Below the pieces are notes generated by a model. That model had not been told where the DNA came from, searched no databases, and saw only the letters and a list, made by a program, of their open reading frames with translations. A stretch of DNA of 64,000 nt from Cirrosporium novae-zelandiae (Eukaryota): contig JAPETS010000069.1 in assembly GCA_026023565.1 (NCBI GenBank), positions 1 through 64,000 of the forward strand, written 5' to 3'. The translations under genes and the position numbers were made by a program. This document shows positions 33,618 to 47,375 of the stretch, piece after piece; position 1 is the first letter of the stretch, and each line of letters begins with the position of its first letter.

Positions 33618-36600
33618 ATGGCCCTTAACTCCTTGACTGGGACCACTGGAGCCCATTCTCAGCCGTCATTACCTGCCTTGCCTGCTCATTTACAGTCGGA
33701 TACACATCTTACAGCACATTTAGCAAGTCGGTCAGTATCAATTTTCGTATGCCATAGTCACATTGAGCTTAACTAACGTGGCACAGTTTCCATGTCTCTC
33801 TACCAACAGCGCGCCTCTCATCACAAGGCTTCATATCATTAAATACATATACAGCGCCCACCAAAGGCCCAAACGGTGGAAAAGAGGGGAGTGCTGCAGG
33901 AGAGGCGGAAGATCTCGCAACTCGGGCATTGGCCAGACTTGGATGCCGAGGAGAAAATCAGGCTGTATTGTTTTTGTATGCCTATACTTATTTCTCTACT
34001 TTAACGTTGCATAGGGCGTCAGGACTAACCAAGATCTCATAGGGGAGAATCTGGATCTGGAAAAACGACTATTCGGTCTCATCTTCTATCTTCTCTACTT
34101 GCAGCTTCTGCTACACCGTTGTCTACAAAGCTTTCTCTTGCTGCCTTTCTTTTTGATACCTTAACGACCACTAAATCTGTTACCACCCCAACCGCTTCAA
34201 AGGCGGGGTTATTTTACGAGCTTCAGTATGATTCCGCATCGTCTACCCATCCCACGCTTATAGGAGGTAAAATACTGGATCACAGATTGGAGAGGAGTAG
34301 AATTGCCTCAGTGCCAACTGGCGAACGAAGTTTTCACGTGTTGTATTATCTACTGGCCGGAACAAGTCCACAGGAAAGATCACACTTGGGTCTGGATAGT
34401 TTGAAATCCACCGGAGGAGATGGTGCTGGAAATCGATCATCTGGAACACTTGGCCACAAGCGATGGAGGTACCTTGGCCATCCAACACAATTAAAAGTCG
34501 GAATCAACGATTCTGAAGGATTTCAGCATTTCAAGACGGCACTAAGAAAGCTCGAATTTCCAAGGGGTGAAATTGCAGAAATTTGTCAACTCTTGGCTAG
34601 TATTCTTCATATTGGGCAGTTAGAGTTTACCTCTGGTCAATCAACCACACCCTCAGGTGATGATAGCGGTGGTTATTCCCACGAGGGGGGTGAAACAGTC
34701 ACCGTGGTAAAGAATAAAGAGGTTTTAAGTATTGTCGCTGCATTTTTAGGGCTTAGTATCTATGCACTTGAAACAAGCCTTGGATACAAGACCAAAACCA
34801 TACATCGGGAGAGGGTTACTATCATGTTAGACCCCAAGGGTGCCCGTAATAACGCGGATGAGCTTGCACGCACTCTCTACTCTCTTCTGGTTGCATACGT
34901 GATCGAGAACATTAACCAAAGGGTTTGTGCTGCTGAAGATGCTGTGGCCAACACTATCTCTATCATAGATTTCCCTGGATTTTCCCAAATGTCATCTACA
35001 GGATCGGTGCTCGACCAACTACTCAACAATGCCGCTACCGAAACACTCTACCATTTCTGCCTTCAAACCTTCTTCGAACGATCGGCTGAGATGTTGGACA
35101 CCGAAGAGGTCAGTGTGCCAGCTACTAGTTACTTCGACAATTCCGATGCTGTCAAAGGTCTGCTCAAACATGGAAACGGCCTCTTAACAATCCTAGATGA
35201 CCAAACCCGTCGAGGAAAGTCAGATATGCAATTCCTTGAGAGCATAAGAAAACGTTTCGATGGGAAGAACCCTGCCATTGCAGCTGGAAGCGCTACTACC
35301 ATCATACCCGGTAGTAACTTTGCTACACATAATGCCGCCGCATCTTTCACGATCAAACATTTTGCCGGAGAAGTCGAGTATCCCATTGCTGGCCTTGTTG
35401 AAGAGAATGGAGAAATTATATCAGGAGATCTGATGAATTTAATTCGTTCTACCAAGAGTGACTTCGTGCGGGATCTATTTGGACAGGAAGCACTGAATGC
35501 AGTCAGGCATCCCCGAGAGAAGTCTGCCATTATCCAAGCCCAGGTAAGCTCGAAGCCATCGCGGATGCCAAGTATGGCAAAGAGAAAAGGAGAGCGGCCT
35601 GCCCGATTCCAGTCACACGCCGAGAGCGAGACACAGTCGATGATTGAAGAAGATGATGATGAAACCGGCCACCGCCGTCATCGGAAACACAAGGACGGGA
35701 GGACAATGTTGATGGGACCTGACCAAGGTGCTGCTGGTCAGTTTCTTTCATCGTTGGATAACATCACAAGATCCATCGCCATCCAGAACACCAACTCATA
35801 TTTCGTCTTTTGCCTAAAGCCAAATGATAGGCGGATCGCAAACCAATTCGATAGCAAATGCGTTCGGACCCAGATGCAAACATTTGGTCTAGCAGAAATC
35901 AGCCAACGCCTCCGAAATGCCGACTTTAGCGTTTTCTTGCCCTTTGGAGAATTCCTCGGTTTAGCTGAGCCCGAGAACATGATTGTTGGTAGTGAACGAG
36001 AACAAGCAGAAGCTATCCTTGATGAAAAAGGGTGGCCTGGCAATGAAGCAAGGGCAGGAAGCACCGGTGTATTTCTTAGCGAAAGATGCTGGGCTGAGTT
36101 GGCCAAGCCAGAGGAAAAAGGGTTTGGAGGTGTAAAATATTACGCTGGTGGAGGGGATGATGAACCTAGAGACGGACTTACCCCTGGGGATGCCAGCAGG
36201 GGTGGCTATTCAGACTCCAAAGTTCGACTTCTGTCACCAAATGATGCCTCTCCTAATACTGGTGCATACGTATACGGAGACGACACCAAAGGTGGTTATT
36301 TTGGTGGTCGCGAGTTGGACTCTCGGTCAGAGGCTGGAGCTTCAGCCTTTAACTCCGGTGATATGTTCCGCAATCTCGAGACTAGGGAACAAATGGCGGA
36401 AAAGGGCAATGAGAAGAAGATGGAGGAAGTCGATGACGTCAAAGAAAGTGGAGCCCGGAAACGATGGCTTGCTATCGTCTGGATTATGACTTGGTGCATT
36501 CCGGACTTCATGATCAAAGTAATTGGTCGCATGAAACGACCAGACATCAGATCAGCCTGGCGAGAAAAGCTTGCCATCAACATGCTGATCTGGGGTGCCT

Positions 36601-39429
36601 GTGGATTTGCCATCTTCTTTATTGTCGTATTTCCCGACTTGATTTGTCCCACCCAGCATGTCTACTCCGCCGCGGAACTATCTTCATACAACGGAAAAAA
36701 TGACAAAAAGGCGTATATCGCCATCCGAGGCGTTGTGTTCAACCTGGATTCTTTCGCACCTACACACTACCCTGACATTGTTACGCAAAAGTCCATATTG
36801 AAATATGCCGGAGAGGATGCAACTGCGTTATTTCCTGTTCAGGTTTCTGCTTTGTGTCAAGGCAAAGATGGGAAAGTTGACCCTACGGTATTACTCGATT
36901 ACAGTCCCACAAATTCTTCCGGATCAGCCACAGCAGCTTCGAGTACAGATACCGTTGCTTCTTATCATGATTTTAGGTACTTCAGAAATGACTCTCGTCC
37001 AGATTGGTTCATGGAGCAGATGATCATGCTGAAGCACAATTACAAAAAGGGTAACATCGGGTATACTGCAAAGTACGTCAAAAAAATGGCCACTGCGGAT
37101 AGTGATCCATACTCTTGGGCAATTTTAAACGGGAAGATCTACGACTTCACCGACTATATCAAGGGTGGCCGTCGCACCAAAGCTCCTGTAGGCAAGTCTG
37201 TTCCTAGCGATGTGGATACGGACTTCATGAATTCCCTCGTGGTAAACCTTTTCCAACAACGAGCCGGCCAGGACGTTGGCAAATACTGGAAGGATCTCGG
37301 CATGACCTCAGCAATGAAAAACCGGATGCAGCTCTGCTTGGATAATCTTTTCTATGTTGGCGACGTCGATACCCGAAGTTCTACTCAATGTTTGTTTGCT
37401 CGTTATATTTTGCTAGCCATATCTATTCTTTTGGTCTCCGTTACTGGCTTCAAGTTCTTTGCTGCTTTGCAATTCGGTCAGAAAAATGTACCAGAACATC
37501 TGGACAAATTTATCATCTGTCAAGTTCCAGCATATACCGAGGACGAAGACTCTCTTCGACGTGCCATCGATTCCATCTCCCGTATGAGATATGATGACAA
37601 ACGCAAACTCCTAATTGTTGTCTGCGACGGTATGATTATTGGTCAAGGCAACGACAGGCCTACACCCAGAATTGTCTTGGACATTTTGGGTGTCTCTGAA
37701 ACCGTTGATCCTGAACCTTTGAGTTTTGAATCTCTTGGAGAAGGGTTAAAGCAGCATAATATGGGCAAAGTTTACTCCGGGTTGTATGAGGTCCAAGGCC
37801 ACATCGTTCCGTTTCTGGTGATTGTCAAAATTGGAAAACCATCGGAAGTGTCCAGACCTGGAAATCGTGGTAAGCGTGACTCGCAGATGGTTCTCATGCG
37901 ATTCTTGAATCGCGTTCATTACAATGCACCTATGAGCCCGCTAGAACTGGAGATGCACCACCAAATTCGGAATATTATTGGCGTTAACCCTACCTTCTAT
38001 GAGTTTATGCTTCAAATAGACGCAGATACCGTGGTGGCACCTGATTCTGCAAGTCGTTTCGTTGCTACATTTTTGCGTGACACCCGTCTAATCGGTGTTT
38101 GCGGAGAAACTGCACTATCAAATGCCAAATCTTCTTTCATCACCATGATGCAAGTCTACGAATACTACATATCACATAACCTAACCAAGGCTTTCGAAAG
38201 TTTGTTCGGCTCCGTTACTTGCCTACCTGGATGCTTCACCATGTACCGTATCCGTACGGCTGAAACCGGTAAACCCCTTTTCGTCAGCACGGAAATTATC
38301 GAAGGCTATTCAATCAATCGCGTTGACACACTTCACATGAAAAACTTGCTCCACCTTGGAGAAGATCGGTATCTCACCACGCTTCTATTGAAATGGCACT
38401 CGAAGTACAAGACAAAGTATATTTTTAATGCTCATGCCTGGACTATCGCCCCTGAAAGCTGGGCCGTCTTTCTGTCACAACGTCGACGATGGATCAACTC
38501 TACCGTCCATAATCTTGCGGAACTTATTCCTTTAAGTCAACTTTGCGGTTTCTGTTGTTTTTCAATGAGATTCGTTGTCATGATTGATTTGTTCAGTACA
38601 ATTATCCAGCCTGTTACAGTCGGTTATCTTGCGTATCTGATCGCCCTTCTCATAATAAAACCAAGTTCCGTTCCCACCATATCAATTATTCTTCTCGCCG
38701 CTATTTATGGGTTACAAGCAATCACTTTTATTTTGCGGAGAAAATGGGAAATGGTGGGATGGATGATCATGTATATCCTTGCTATGCCAATCTTCTCGCT
38801 AGCCCTTCCACTCTATGCGTTTTGGCACATGGATGATTTCTCCTGGGGTAACACTCGTGTTGTCACTGGTGAAAAGGGCCGTAAGGTTCTCATCTCTGAC
38901 GAAGGGAAATTTGATCCTGCTTCCATACCCAAGAAGAAGTGGGAGGAATATCAATCCGAACTCTGGGAAGCTCAAACCCGGGATGACCATTCCGAAGTAT
39001 CTGGCTACTCTTACGGCACTAAGTCTTTTGCCGGCATGGGGGCTCAATCTGAATACGGCTACCCTCCATCACGTCCCATGTCCCAGATGGATATGCCCCA
39101 CTATGGATCAAGAATGTCGCTTGCGGCATCGGATGCACTTGGCCGGGCACCTTCGGGTGCCGGTGGCGAGATGGAGATGGCAGAAGTCCCAGTGAATATG
39201 CCAAATGACGATGCCATATTAGCAGAGATTAGAGATATTTTGAGGACAGCAGACCTCATGACGGTCACTAAGAAGAGCATCAAGATGGAACTGGAGGCCC
39301 GGTTTGGAGTTCCAATGGAGTCGAGGAAGGCATATATTGGTTCTGGTAAGTCAATCAAAATCAACCAAGACAAATTCAAGCTAATTCAAATGTGCAGCCA
39401 CGGAAGCTATATTATCAGGGCAATTGTAA
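33618..39429 (+). CDS. csmA: Class V chitin synthase with myosin motor domain (CsmA/ChsV-type)
   Basis: Begins MALNSL...[16 protein letters not shown]-loop [49 protein letters not shown] domain; ends [10 protein letters not shown] after the last intron. Confidence 0.95.
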
Positions 39430-40667
39430 TTGTGGTCAGAGCAACAATAACAACAAGCAATCTTAATAATTCAAATGTATTTACCCGTCAAGCTCGAAGG
39501 GAAAGTGAAATAAGGTGGAAGAAGGAGAAGGAAGAAATCTTTTTTGGGATGTTATTTTTGCATTGAATCGGCGTTTTTTTCTCTTTTTTCATGGACCAAG
39601 GCAAGCGACGAAGACGATTAAAGTTTCAAAGCAATCAACCAGCTGTGATAATATAAAACTGAAAGTGAATTAAACTATAACTGTTGATTGATTGCTTCAT
39701 GGATTAGGCCGGTGCCAACTAACTAAATTATGTAACCAAAGGGTTGTTTTGTTTTCTTACTTATTTTCGTGTACTGTTGTTATAGGCATGGTTATATTTT
39801 TATATTCCAACATGCTTATAGCACAACCCAAATTATATATCCTAACACTAACACAAAGTTAATTATCCCTTTAACCTCAAAGTTCCATCACAATACCCCA
39901 CGTCTTTTTTTTATAGGTAATTGTCACGAATAAGCGGCCCAGGGGAGAGAGAGGCGCGAGGCATAGGAGAGAAAAAAAATACACCTTTATAAAAAAATTA
40001 ACCTGAACTTAGGTGCTATATAGTCCGTAAAACCGTTCAGCCTTGTTGGAGGGGCGTATTGAGGGGCACGCTGAGAGGGCGCATTAGCTAGATTATCTCT
40101 AGAAAATCAAGGAATTTACTTCACACTACTCCACATAATATTTTGACTGGTTCTCATTGCTTTTAGTCACCCTTGCTCTTCTTGGTTTCAGTCGAGGTAC
40201 TACCACAGTAGGTAGATGTCAATGAGGCATTTGGGGTGGTTTCTTTTGTTTGATCTGTTTGCATTTTTAAAAACACCTAGAGAAAATAATCAACAGTCAA
40301 CAATATTTTTCGACCATACAATTAAACATTTGTAGTCATCATCTCTGGCTATTAGTTTGATATTTATCTTTTTTTCGTTATGGACAAAGGCTTTTGTTGG
40401 CGCTGGGTACGCCTAGGCATTGGTTGCTGCAGAAGGGTTGTTGCGCCTCTGCGGGAAACCCCTCAGTCAAATTATTGAGAATTCTGTCGCCCCGCGAGCG
40501 CATTCCAAGAGTGACTCGAGAAACATGGCTGACCAAGCATGCTAAGAACCTGTAAGCAGTCTTGCGTAATGAGACAATCTTCACATTCTAGGCTATTAAA
40601 AGCAGGCTGAGAGTCCTATCATTACATATGGCATAGTGAAAATTATTCAAATTGGCCTAATTTACAT

Positions 40668-42249
40668 ATGATCAGTCGTGCACTTAAAAGAGGGTACAGT
40701 ATCATGGCTTCAGCAAAAAAGTACGATTGTGTCATTATTGGTTCCGGTCAAGGAGGAACTCCTCTGGCTGGTGCATTTGCCAAAGCTGGCCAGAAAACAG
40801 CATTGATTGAACGCTCACATATTGGTGGCTGTTGTGTCAACGAAGGATGTACCCCAACAAAAACGATGATAGCAAGTGGGCGGGTGGCCTATCTGACACG
40901 TCGAAGAGCTGATTATGGTGTTCATACGCCTGAAGATAACAACAAGGGAAGGATCTTGGTGGATATGAAGAAAGTTCGCCAGCGGAAAAGAGATATTGTT
41001 GATATATGGAGAGGAGGTGGAGAGGCCCGCACCCGGAGTGCCGGAGTCGATGTTCTAATGGGCGATGCTCGTTTCGACGACCCCAAAACTTTGACTATTA
41101 AATTGAATGATGGGTCTGAGATGACAGTCAGTGCTGACAAGATATTTATCAATGCTGGGGTCAGTCGTCTAGTTCTTCGCCTGATGATGTCTGTTACGCA
41201 ATAATGGCAGGAGACGCAAACTATCGTTTCAAGATCAGTTATTGATACATAGACTGACACTTGTAGTTCAGGAACGGCCTGCAAAACCGAAACTTGAAGG
41301 GGTGGACACAATACCAGCGGATCTCATACTTGACTCCACATCCATTCAGGAAGTCGGTGAGGTTCCGCAACAGTTAATTATCTTAGGAGGTGGCTATGTT
41401 GGTCTTGAGTTTGGCCAATTATTCCGCCGTCTAGGTTCCAATGTCACGATTATTCAACGAGGACCTCAGCTACTTCCAAGGGAAGACCCTGACATTGCGG
41501 AAGAAATGCTCAAGATTCTTCGTGAAGATGGCATTATGGTTCATTTGTCAACGGTAGCGACTCATGTATCTAGTCCCTCAGCGGGTACCATTTCCCTTAC
41601 TATATCCTCGTCTTCGGATAGCCATCCCCAGACCGTGATTGGGACACATCTACTCAGTGCTGCTGGCCGTGTTCCCAACACCGATACTCTTAATCTCTCT
41701 GTTGCAGGTGTTGAGGTTTCTCCTCGAGGTTACGTTGTGACAAACCCCCAGCTCGAAACAAATGTACCACATATTTATGCGATGGGCGATGTCAAGGGTC
41801 CACCTGCATTCACCCATATTTCATACGACGACTTCCGGATTCTACGTGACAACCTTATTGACCGTAAGTCATCCCTTCATACAGTCTCTCACCGCATGAT
41901 CCCTTATGTGGTATACACCGATCCACAACTCGGCCATGTCGGTGTCCATGAGGGCGAAGTCCGGAAGCTGTTCCCCGATCGCCAGATAAAGGTTGCGAAG
42001 ATGCCAATGGCATACGTGGCGAGGGCCGTAGAAACGGACGAGCCAAGAGGTTTGATGAAAGCAATAGTAGATGCGGACTCAGGACTAATACTAGGTTTTA
42101 CATGTCTTGGCCTAGAAGGAGGAGAAATAATGAGTATCATGCAGACTGCAATGATGGGAGGACTAAGATACGAAAGGTTGCAAGATGCGATTTGGGCCCA
42201 TCCTACCCTTGCGGAGAGCTTGAACAATCTGTGGGGATATCTAGAGTAG
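40668..42249 (+). CDS. FAD-dependent pyridine nucleotide-disulfide oxidoreductase (MerA/LPD/RclA-like, bacterial-looking); one intron
   Basis: IIGSGQGG (FAD), redox-active GGCCVNEGCTPTK, GGGYVGLE, IYAMGDV, C-terminal HPTLAE. Intron at about 41160-41271 (GTCAGT..CTGAC..CAG). Confidence 0.9.
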
Positions 42250-42502
42250 CTCTAGATATCAAGTGCGGCAGACAATAACTTGTTTCTTGAGGCTTGCAAC
42301 ATCAGCTTCAAGCATGCACGAAAATGTGCTTACACTCAAAAGTCATTCTAGTTAAAATTTACGAGCTCCGAGGTTTTTAGGAGTGTTGCAAAATTTGAGC
42401 ATCTCTGCATTGGGACTACCATTGGACATTTCCTTGATATATGACTAATGATAGTAAAGTATTTTTCTCGGGTCATGAGTCTACCTAATCTCGATCCATT
42501 GT

Positions 42503-43543
42503 CTATTCATCAATCCCAAACTTCGCTATATTTGCTTCTGCGCTCTGCTTTGCAAGCTCTTTGACCTTGTCTTCACCAGCCTCGTCGAAGATATCAAAGC
42601 CCCAGTGTCCTGGGAAATTGAACCGTTTATTTCTCTCAAGGTTGCTCAGTTCTATGAACACATTTTGGGGCAGTTCCTGCGCCTTAAGGTTGCTTTCAAT
42701 CCTACTAGGGGTAACACTCTTGGGCAAGACTACGGTGCCTCTTTGGATGGCCCAGGAAACCAAGAGTTGCCCACCATCTAGCTCAGTCTTATTCGCAAGT
42801 TTTTTGACAAGTTGATCATCAACAGCACGAGGCTCATTGGTCAGGTTATTTCCTAGTGGCGAATATGCCTCCACCAATATTCCTTTGGACTTGCAAAACT
42901 CAGTCAACTTTGGTTGTTGGAAATATGGGTGGGCTTCGATTTGGTTTACTGCTGGGACGACAGAAGTCTTGGAGATCAGGTCTTGTAGGCGCCGTTCGTT
43001 GAAGTTAGAAACACCAATTGCTCGTACTTTTCCCGTATCTAGAAGCTTCTCCATCGCTTTGTATGTTTCGGCCGGATCAATATCTGCCAGGATAAAAAGG
43101 CCATCTTTACCAATTGGCTGGTTTTTATCACTGGGTTTAAACGCTCTAATAATAGGTCAAGGTCAGAGAAGGCTGCAGTAAGAAAGCCAGACAGAGGAGC
43201 TCACATACAGTGGCCAATGCATCAAATAGAGGTCAAGATAATCGACCCCAAGATCCTTTAGGGTCTTGTCCAAGGCCTTCTCAACATCCTCTGGGGCATG
43301 TTTTGAATTCCAAAGTTTGCTGGTTAGGAATAAATCTTCTCGCTTGACGCCACTGTTCTGGATACCTTTTCCCACCTCCTTTTCATTTTGATAGATTGCG
43401 GCGCAATCAATGTGTCGATAACCGGTCTTCAGGGCTATTTCTACAGCCCTCTCGACTTCATGAGGCGCTGATTGCCATGTTCCAAACCCGACAACAGGGA
43501 TCTTTGCTCCAGTATTCAACGTGAAATGAGTAGGAAGTGGCAT
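42503..43543 (-). CDS. Aldo-keto reductase (NADPH aldehyde reductase type); one intron
   Basis: [15 protein letters not shown], catalytic tetrad in [11 protein letters not shown] / TSKLW / [24 protein letters not shown]. Confidence 0.93.
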
Positions 43544-43741
43544 GATAATTGATGAGGACGTCGTTGTAACGTTGGATGTCAAAGGGGAGGCCCTAATGAA
43601 TATAAAGGCCCATGTTGTTCCACAGCCAGTGGCTCACCTGCAAGTTACTCGTTACCCATCAGTCTTATCGATTGCACCACTACCCCTCAGCATGAGGGGA
43701 TGGCTTTTTGTGGAGACCATTTTGTTTCAACACAACAAAAT

Positions 43742-44023
43742 CGGAAAGGAAAGGAATTAGAGTATGAAACAACTTGAAAATTGATATTAGTCTGAAGGCC
43801 TACAGCGCTATTCTGTAAATATTAATTATCCAGCGTGGCTGAATTAAATTGCCACTGTCGGCGATGGTTGAGAAGTTCTTCAAGTATATCCCGGGTGCGT
43901 GCCCGGTATGTTCCGGAAAACCCCAACTAAAACCCCAGGCTAGCCCGGAAACCTTATTGCTAACCCCGCATTGCTGGCGAAAATCTACAAAATCCGATTT
44001 TTACCCATAGCTTGAACGGAAAT
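43742..44023. promoter_or_regulatory. Divergent AKR/TF promoter with four CGGAAA sites and two CreA-type SYGGRG sites
   Basis: CGGAAA at 43742, 43914, 43946 and 44017. CCCCAG at 43933 and CCCCGC at 43964. Confidence 0.5.
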
Positions 44024-44066
44024 GCATGCCATTGAGCCTTTCCTTTCAATTTGACATTTTTTGACC

Positions 44067-46509
44067 ATGAATCCGAGTCGGTCTATATCCCCTGGGAGTA
44101 TCTCAACTAGATCGTCGCCTGCTCACACTCCGTTGGCGGCTAGTCATAAGAGGAAAACTTCTAGGGCTACTGATTCAGGAGGTGAACGCAAGAAAACCAC
44201 TAGAGCATGTGACTGTTGTAAGACGTACGCCTTGACAATTGATGAAAATATTAGTTACACATAACAGACTGACTTCACTACCATTCAAGTAAAAAGGTCC
44301 GATGCTCTGGGACAAGGCCTTGTTTGCGATGTACTCGTTTGAAAGTGCCTTGTGAGTATCGTGCATCTTATTCCAGGGGACAACCTCCAGCCCCATTGCC
44401 AGCTTCAGCTATCTTGTCATCTCATGAGAACACTGAACATTGTGAATCATATCTTGAGATTACCCAAAGAAACCTTACCAGCGAGATGGGCGTTCATATA
44501 GTTCGGGATGAGTCAATTCTTCCTCCAGATTTGACCCCATCTACAAACGAGCCGGAACCTGGCGCAACTGATCTTGAGGGGCATTATCTGGGGCCTGGGT
44601 CTGGTATCAGTTTCTTGAACCGTGCTTGGCAACGTCTTAATCAGAACAGCACAACAAGTGTTCCTTATAATTTACGCAATGAGATTCCTCGAAACGCCGC
44701 TATTTTTACTTTCGGTGATAGACCGTTTGTGGATTTCCATGAGGCATGTATTAAACTGCCTTCGAGAAAGCGTGCGGATGAGCTTATTGTTATATTTTTT
44801 GATTTTGCCCTTGCCACCTACCGCTTCTTGCACTTTGGAACTATACAATCATGGCTTTCTGAGCTTTATGAGAGAGAACAGTCCCAATGGAAGAAGATGT
44901 CAGCGAAGGCTGCAGCAATTTTCATGGTTTTTGCTATGGCGCTCTTGCATGAAGAACAGCAAGCGCCAAGAGATGCGGCCAATCCGGAGGCTGATAAAAG
45001 GTAAATCTGCTTCCTTTGAGGCCCTGCAGTAGAAAAGGGTTGCATTGTTTCAAACATTCAAAGGAAGGCGTTGCTAATTGCTGAAGCGAAATCTGGTACT
45101 ACTTTGCCAAGAGAATGCTCTCTGTCGAATCAGGTCCTCCAAAATTAGAATCTGTTCAAGCCAGGTTCGTTCAATGTCTCTTTCTTCTGGCTTCTTCTCG
45201 AGCAAATCAATGTTGGTATACGTTTGGAACTACAGTTCACCTTTCTATGGCATTGGGTCTCCACCGACGAAGGAGTGCTGTTACTAGTAAAGGGTTAAGA
45301 CAAGATGGTGGATATATCCGAAATGAGTGTCGTAAGCGAGTTTTTTGGAACTTGTATACACTAGATAAGTACTTGAGTGTCATGCTAGGACGTCCAAGAC
45401 ACTTCCACGACGAAGATATCGACCAGGACTACCCAGACGAGATCAATGACGAGGATATGACACCTGACGGGCCGGCAGAGGAGAGAGGCCGTTCTGATTG
45501 TGTAATGACCGCTACTGTCAGTCATGCTAGGCTTAGCAGGATACTTGGCGAAATATCTCGACAAGTATACAGCATTCGACCTATTCCTGAGTGTGCACGT
45601 TTGGAGATTGCTGAACGACTCACACATGAACTAAAAGAATGGAGAGCCAGTCTGCCTCCCCTCCTAAGCAGTATACGACCCTCCAGTCTCATACGCCCTT
45701 TTCGGCGCCAGAACACTGTGCTAAAGTTGCTCTATGCTCATGCGATAATCCATGCAAACCGTCCGTTTCTCTTAAGCAAGTGTTCCGATGGTATAAATTT
45801 TTCTTCAAATGTGGAGATTGACAGAAAAATTGAAGAGCATATTCGGACCTGTGTCGAGGCGGCAAAGACAGTCGTGGATACAGTGAACCATCTTGCTGAA
45901 TTATTCAACCAAACACAATTATTCGAGGCTTTCTGGTTCACTCACTATGCAGCATTTTGTGCAGTAGTTGTTTTGTACGTTTACATAATTCAACAGTATC
46001 GAAATAAAAAAGCCCAACAGGACCCATCAACTTGCCAGAATCTTCTCTTCTTGTCAGAACGCTGCCAGCGCACTCTTGCTGTTGCGACAAAGAGAAACTG
46101 TCCTAGTTGGCGGTATAGTATTATTCTTGAAGAGCTTCGCTTGGATGTTCACCGTCAAATTGATCGCCTGTTGCCTCAATTCCAGCTAGATTCAACTCGG
46201 AAGGAGAGGGTTCCCCCTGGCCCTGAAACCAATATCTTCAATGCTACGCCGCGAACTCCACTTTCTCCATTTTCACAAGACCACACCCAAGCATTGGGCC
46301 ATACTACATATAGACCCACCAACATCAACAGTCATTCCGCTGTAATGCCGGACATTCCAAATTCTAATACACTAGATATGGTAGACCCTTCAACCGAGTC
46401 ACTGGTTGATCAAGTTGTTACACCAGAATTGTTCGAGAATTGGGAGCTGATGGATTGGGCACAGCTTGATTCTTTCATATTTGAAACAGATCTAGCAACG
46501 TATTTATAG
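44067..46509 (+). CDS. Zn(II)2Cys6 transcription factor with fungal-specific TF domain; multi-exon
   Basis: RACDCCK|KKVRCSGTRPCLRCTRLKVPC across an intron. HYLGPGSGISFL, ALGLHR, RKRVFWNLYTLDKYLSVMLGRP, acidic C-terminal tail. Confidence 0.93.
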
Positions 46510-46833
46510 ATTATTCATCTATTTCAAGAAATATTCATGTGTATAGGACGGAGTGCAGTGATCAACAAAATGATGTGGGTTGGTGCTATGTTAGTGTAGC
46601 ATATCTACTCGCAACCATTATCATTGGGCTATTTCAATGTCTTCGGGACTTATTTAATTGTCCTAATCCGAGCCAGTTAAGAACATATTTTCTAATGGTG
46701 AACCGGCGCTCGCTATTGACATTATGGGGAGCACGCTATATATCTAAATTATATACCACGCTTAGGGACATGGAACTCACCCTACATATAATAATTACAG
46801 AAATGAAGCACGTTTCACGCGACTAATGGGGAA

Positions 46834-47169
46834 CGGAAAACATAGATACAACTAAGTAAAATAAGTAATACAACACAGCTTTTATGACATGGTCTAAGAG
46901 AAGTATTCCAGCTTTGACGTTGACTATGGAAATGCATTTTCAAAGTGGGAGATGCGATTGTGTTTATTTACAAACACTTTTCCACCAAGGAAGCATTTCC
47001 GGTGCTGAAGAATTTCCACTTGCGTATTTCCGGTCTATGTGAAGTGAAAACCTAGTGAAAGAGTGCCAAACAACGTTTACCCGACTGTTTGCCGAGGGAA
47101 TTTGTCAGTTATACCTTTTAAGGTGTTGTGATGCTGATCAGTCTAGATATTTGCAAAATCGCTCGGAAA
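46834..47169. promoter_or_regulatory. Promoter of the NRPS-like gene with four CGGAAA/TTTCCG sites
   Basis: CGGAAA at 46834 and 47164. TTTCCG at 46996 and 47027, both within ATTTCCGGT. Confidence 0.5.
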
Positions 47170-47375
47170 TGACATGCGTATCCATGTTGCTATGCTACAT
47201 ACTAAGTACTGGGTTTTGATGGATTTTCATAGATATTTAAACATAACGTGAAGGTAACTGCATGAATATTCTTCTTATTATCTCTATCTTAACCTTTGAC
47301 TAAGAAGCTTTATCAATTATTTGTTAAATATTTCTCAAGTTGTTAAGGATTGCCAAAATATCGTCATTATTCAAA

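Noticed and set aside
39922..40090. TGTCACG...CCGTAAAA segment and ~12-bp GAGGGGC repeats, a possible decayed solo LTR
   Set aside because: No intact CA end and no TSD, so too weak to call.
40668..42249. Calling the oxidoreductase a mercuric reductase (merA)
   Set aside because: It lacks the C-terminal Cys-Cys pair and there is no mer gene context.
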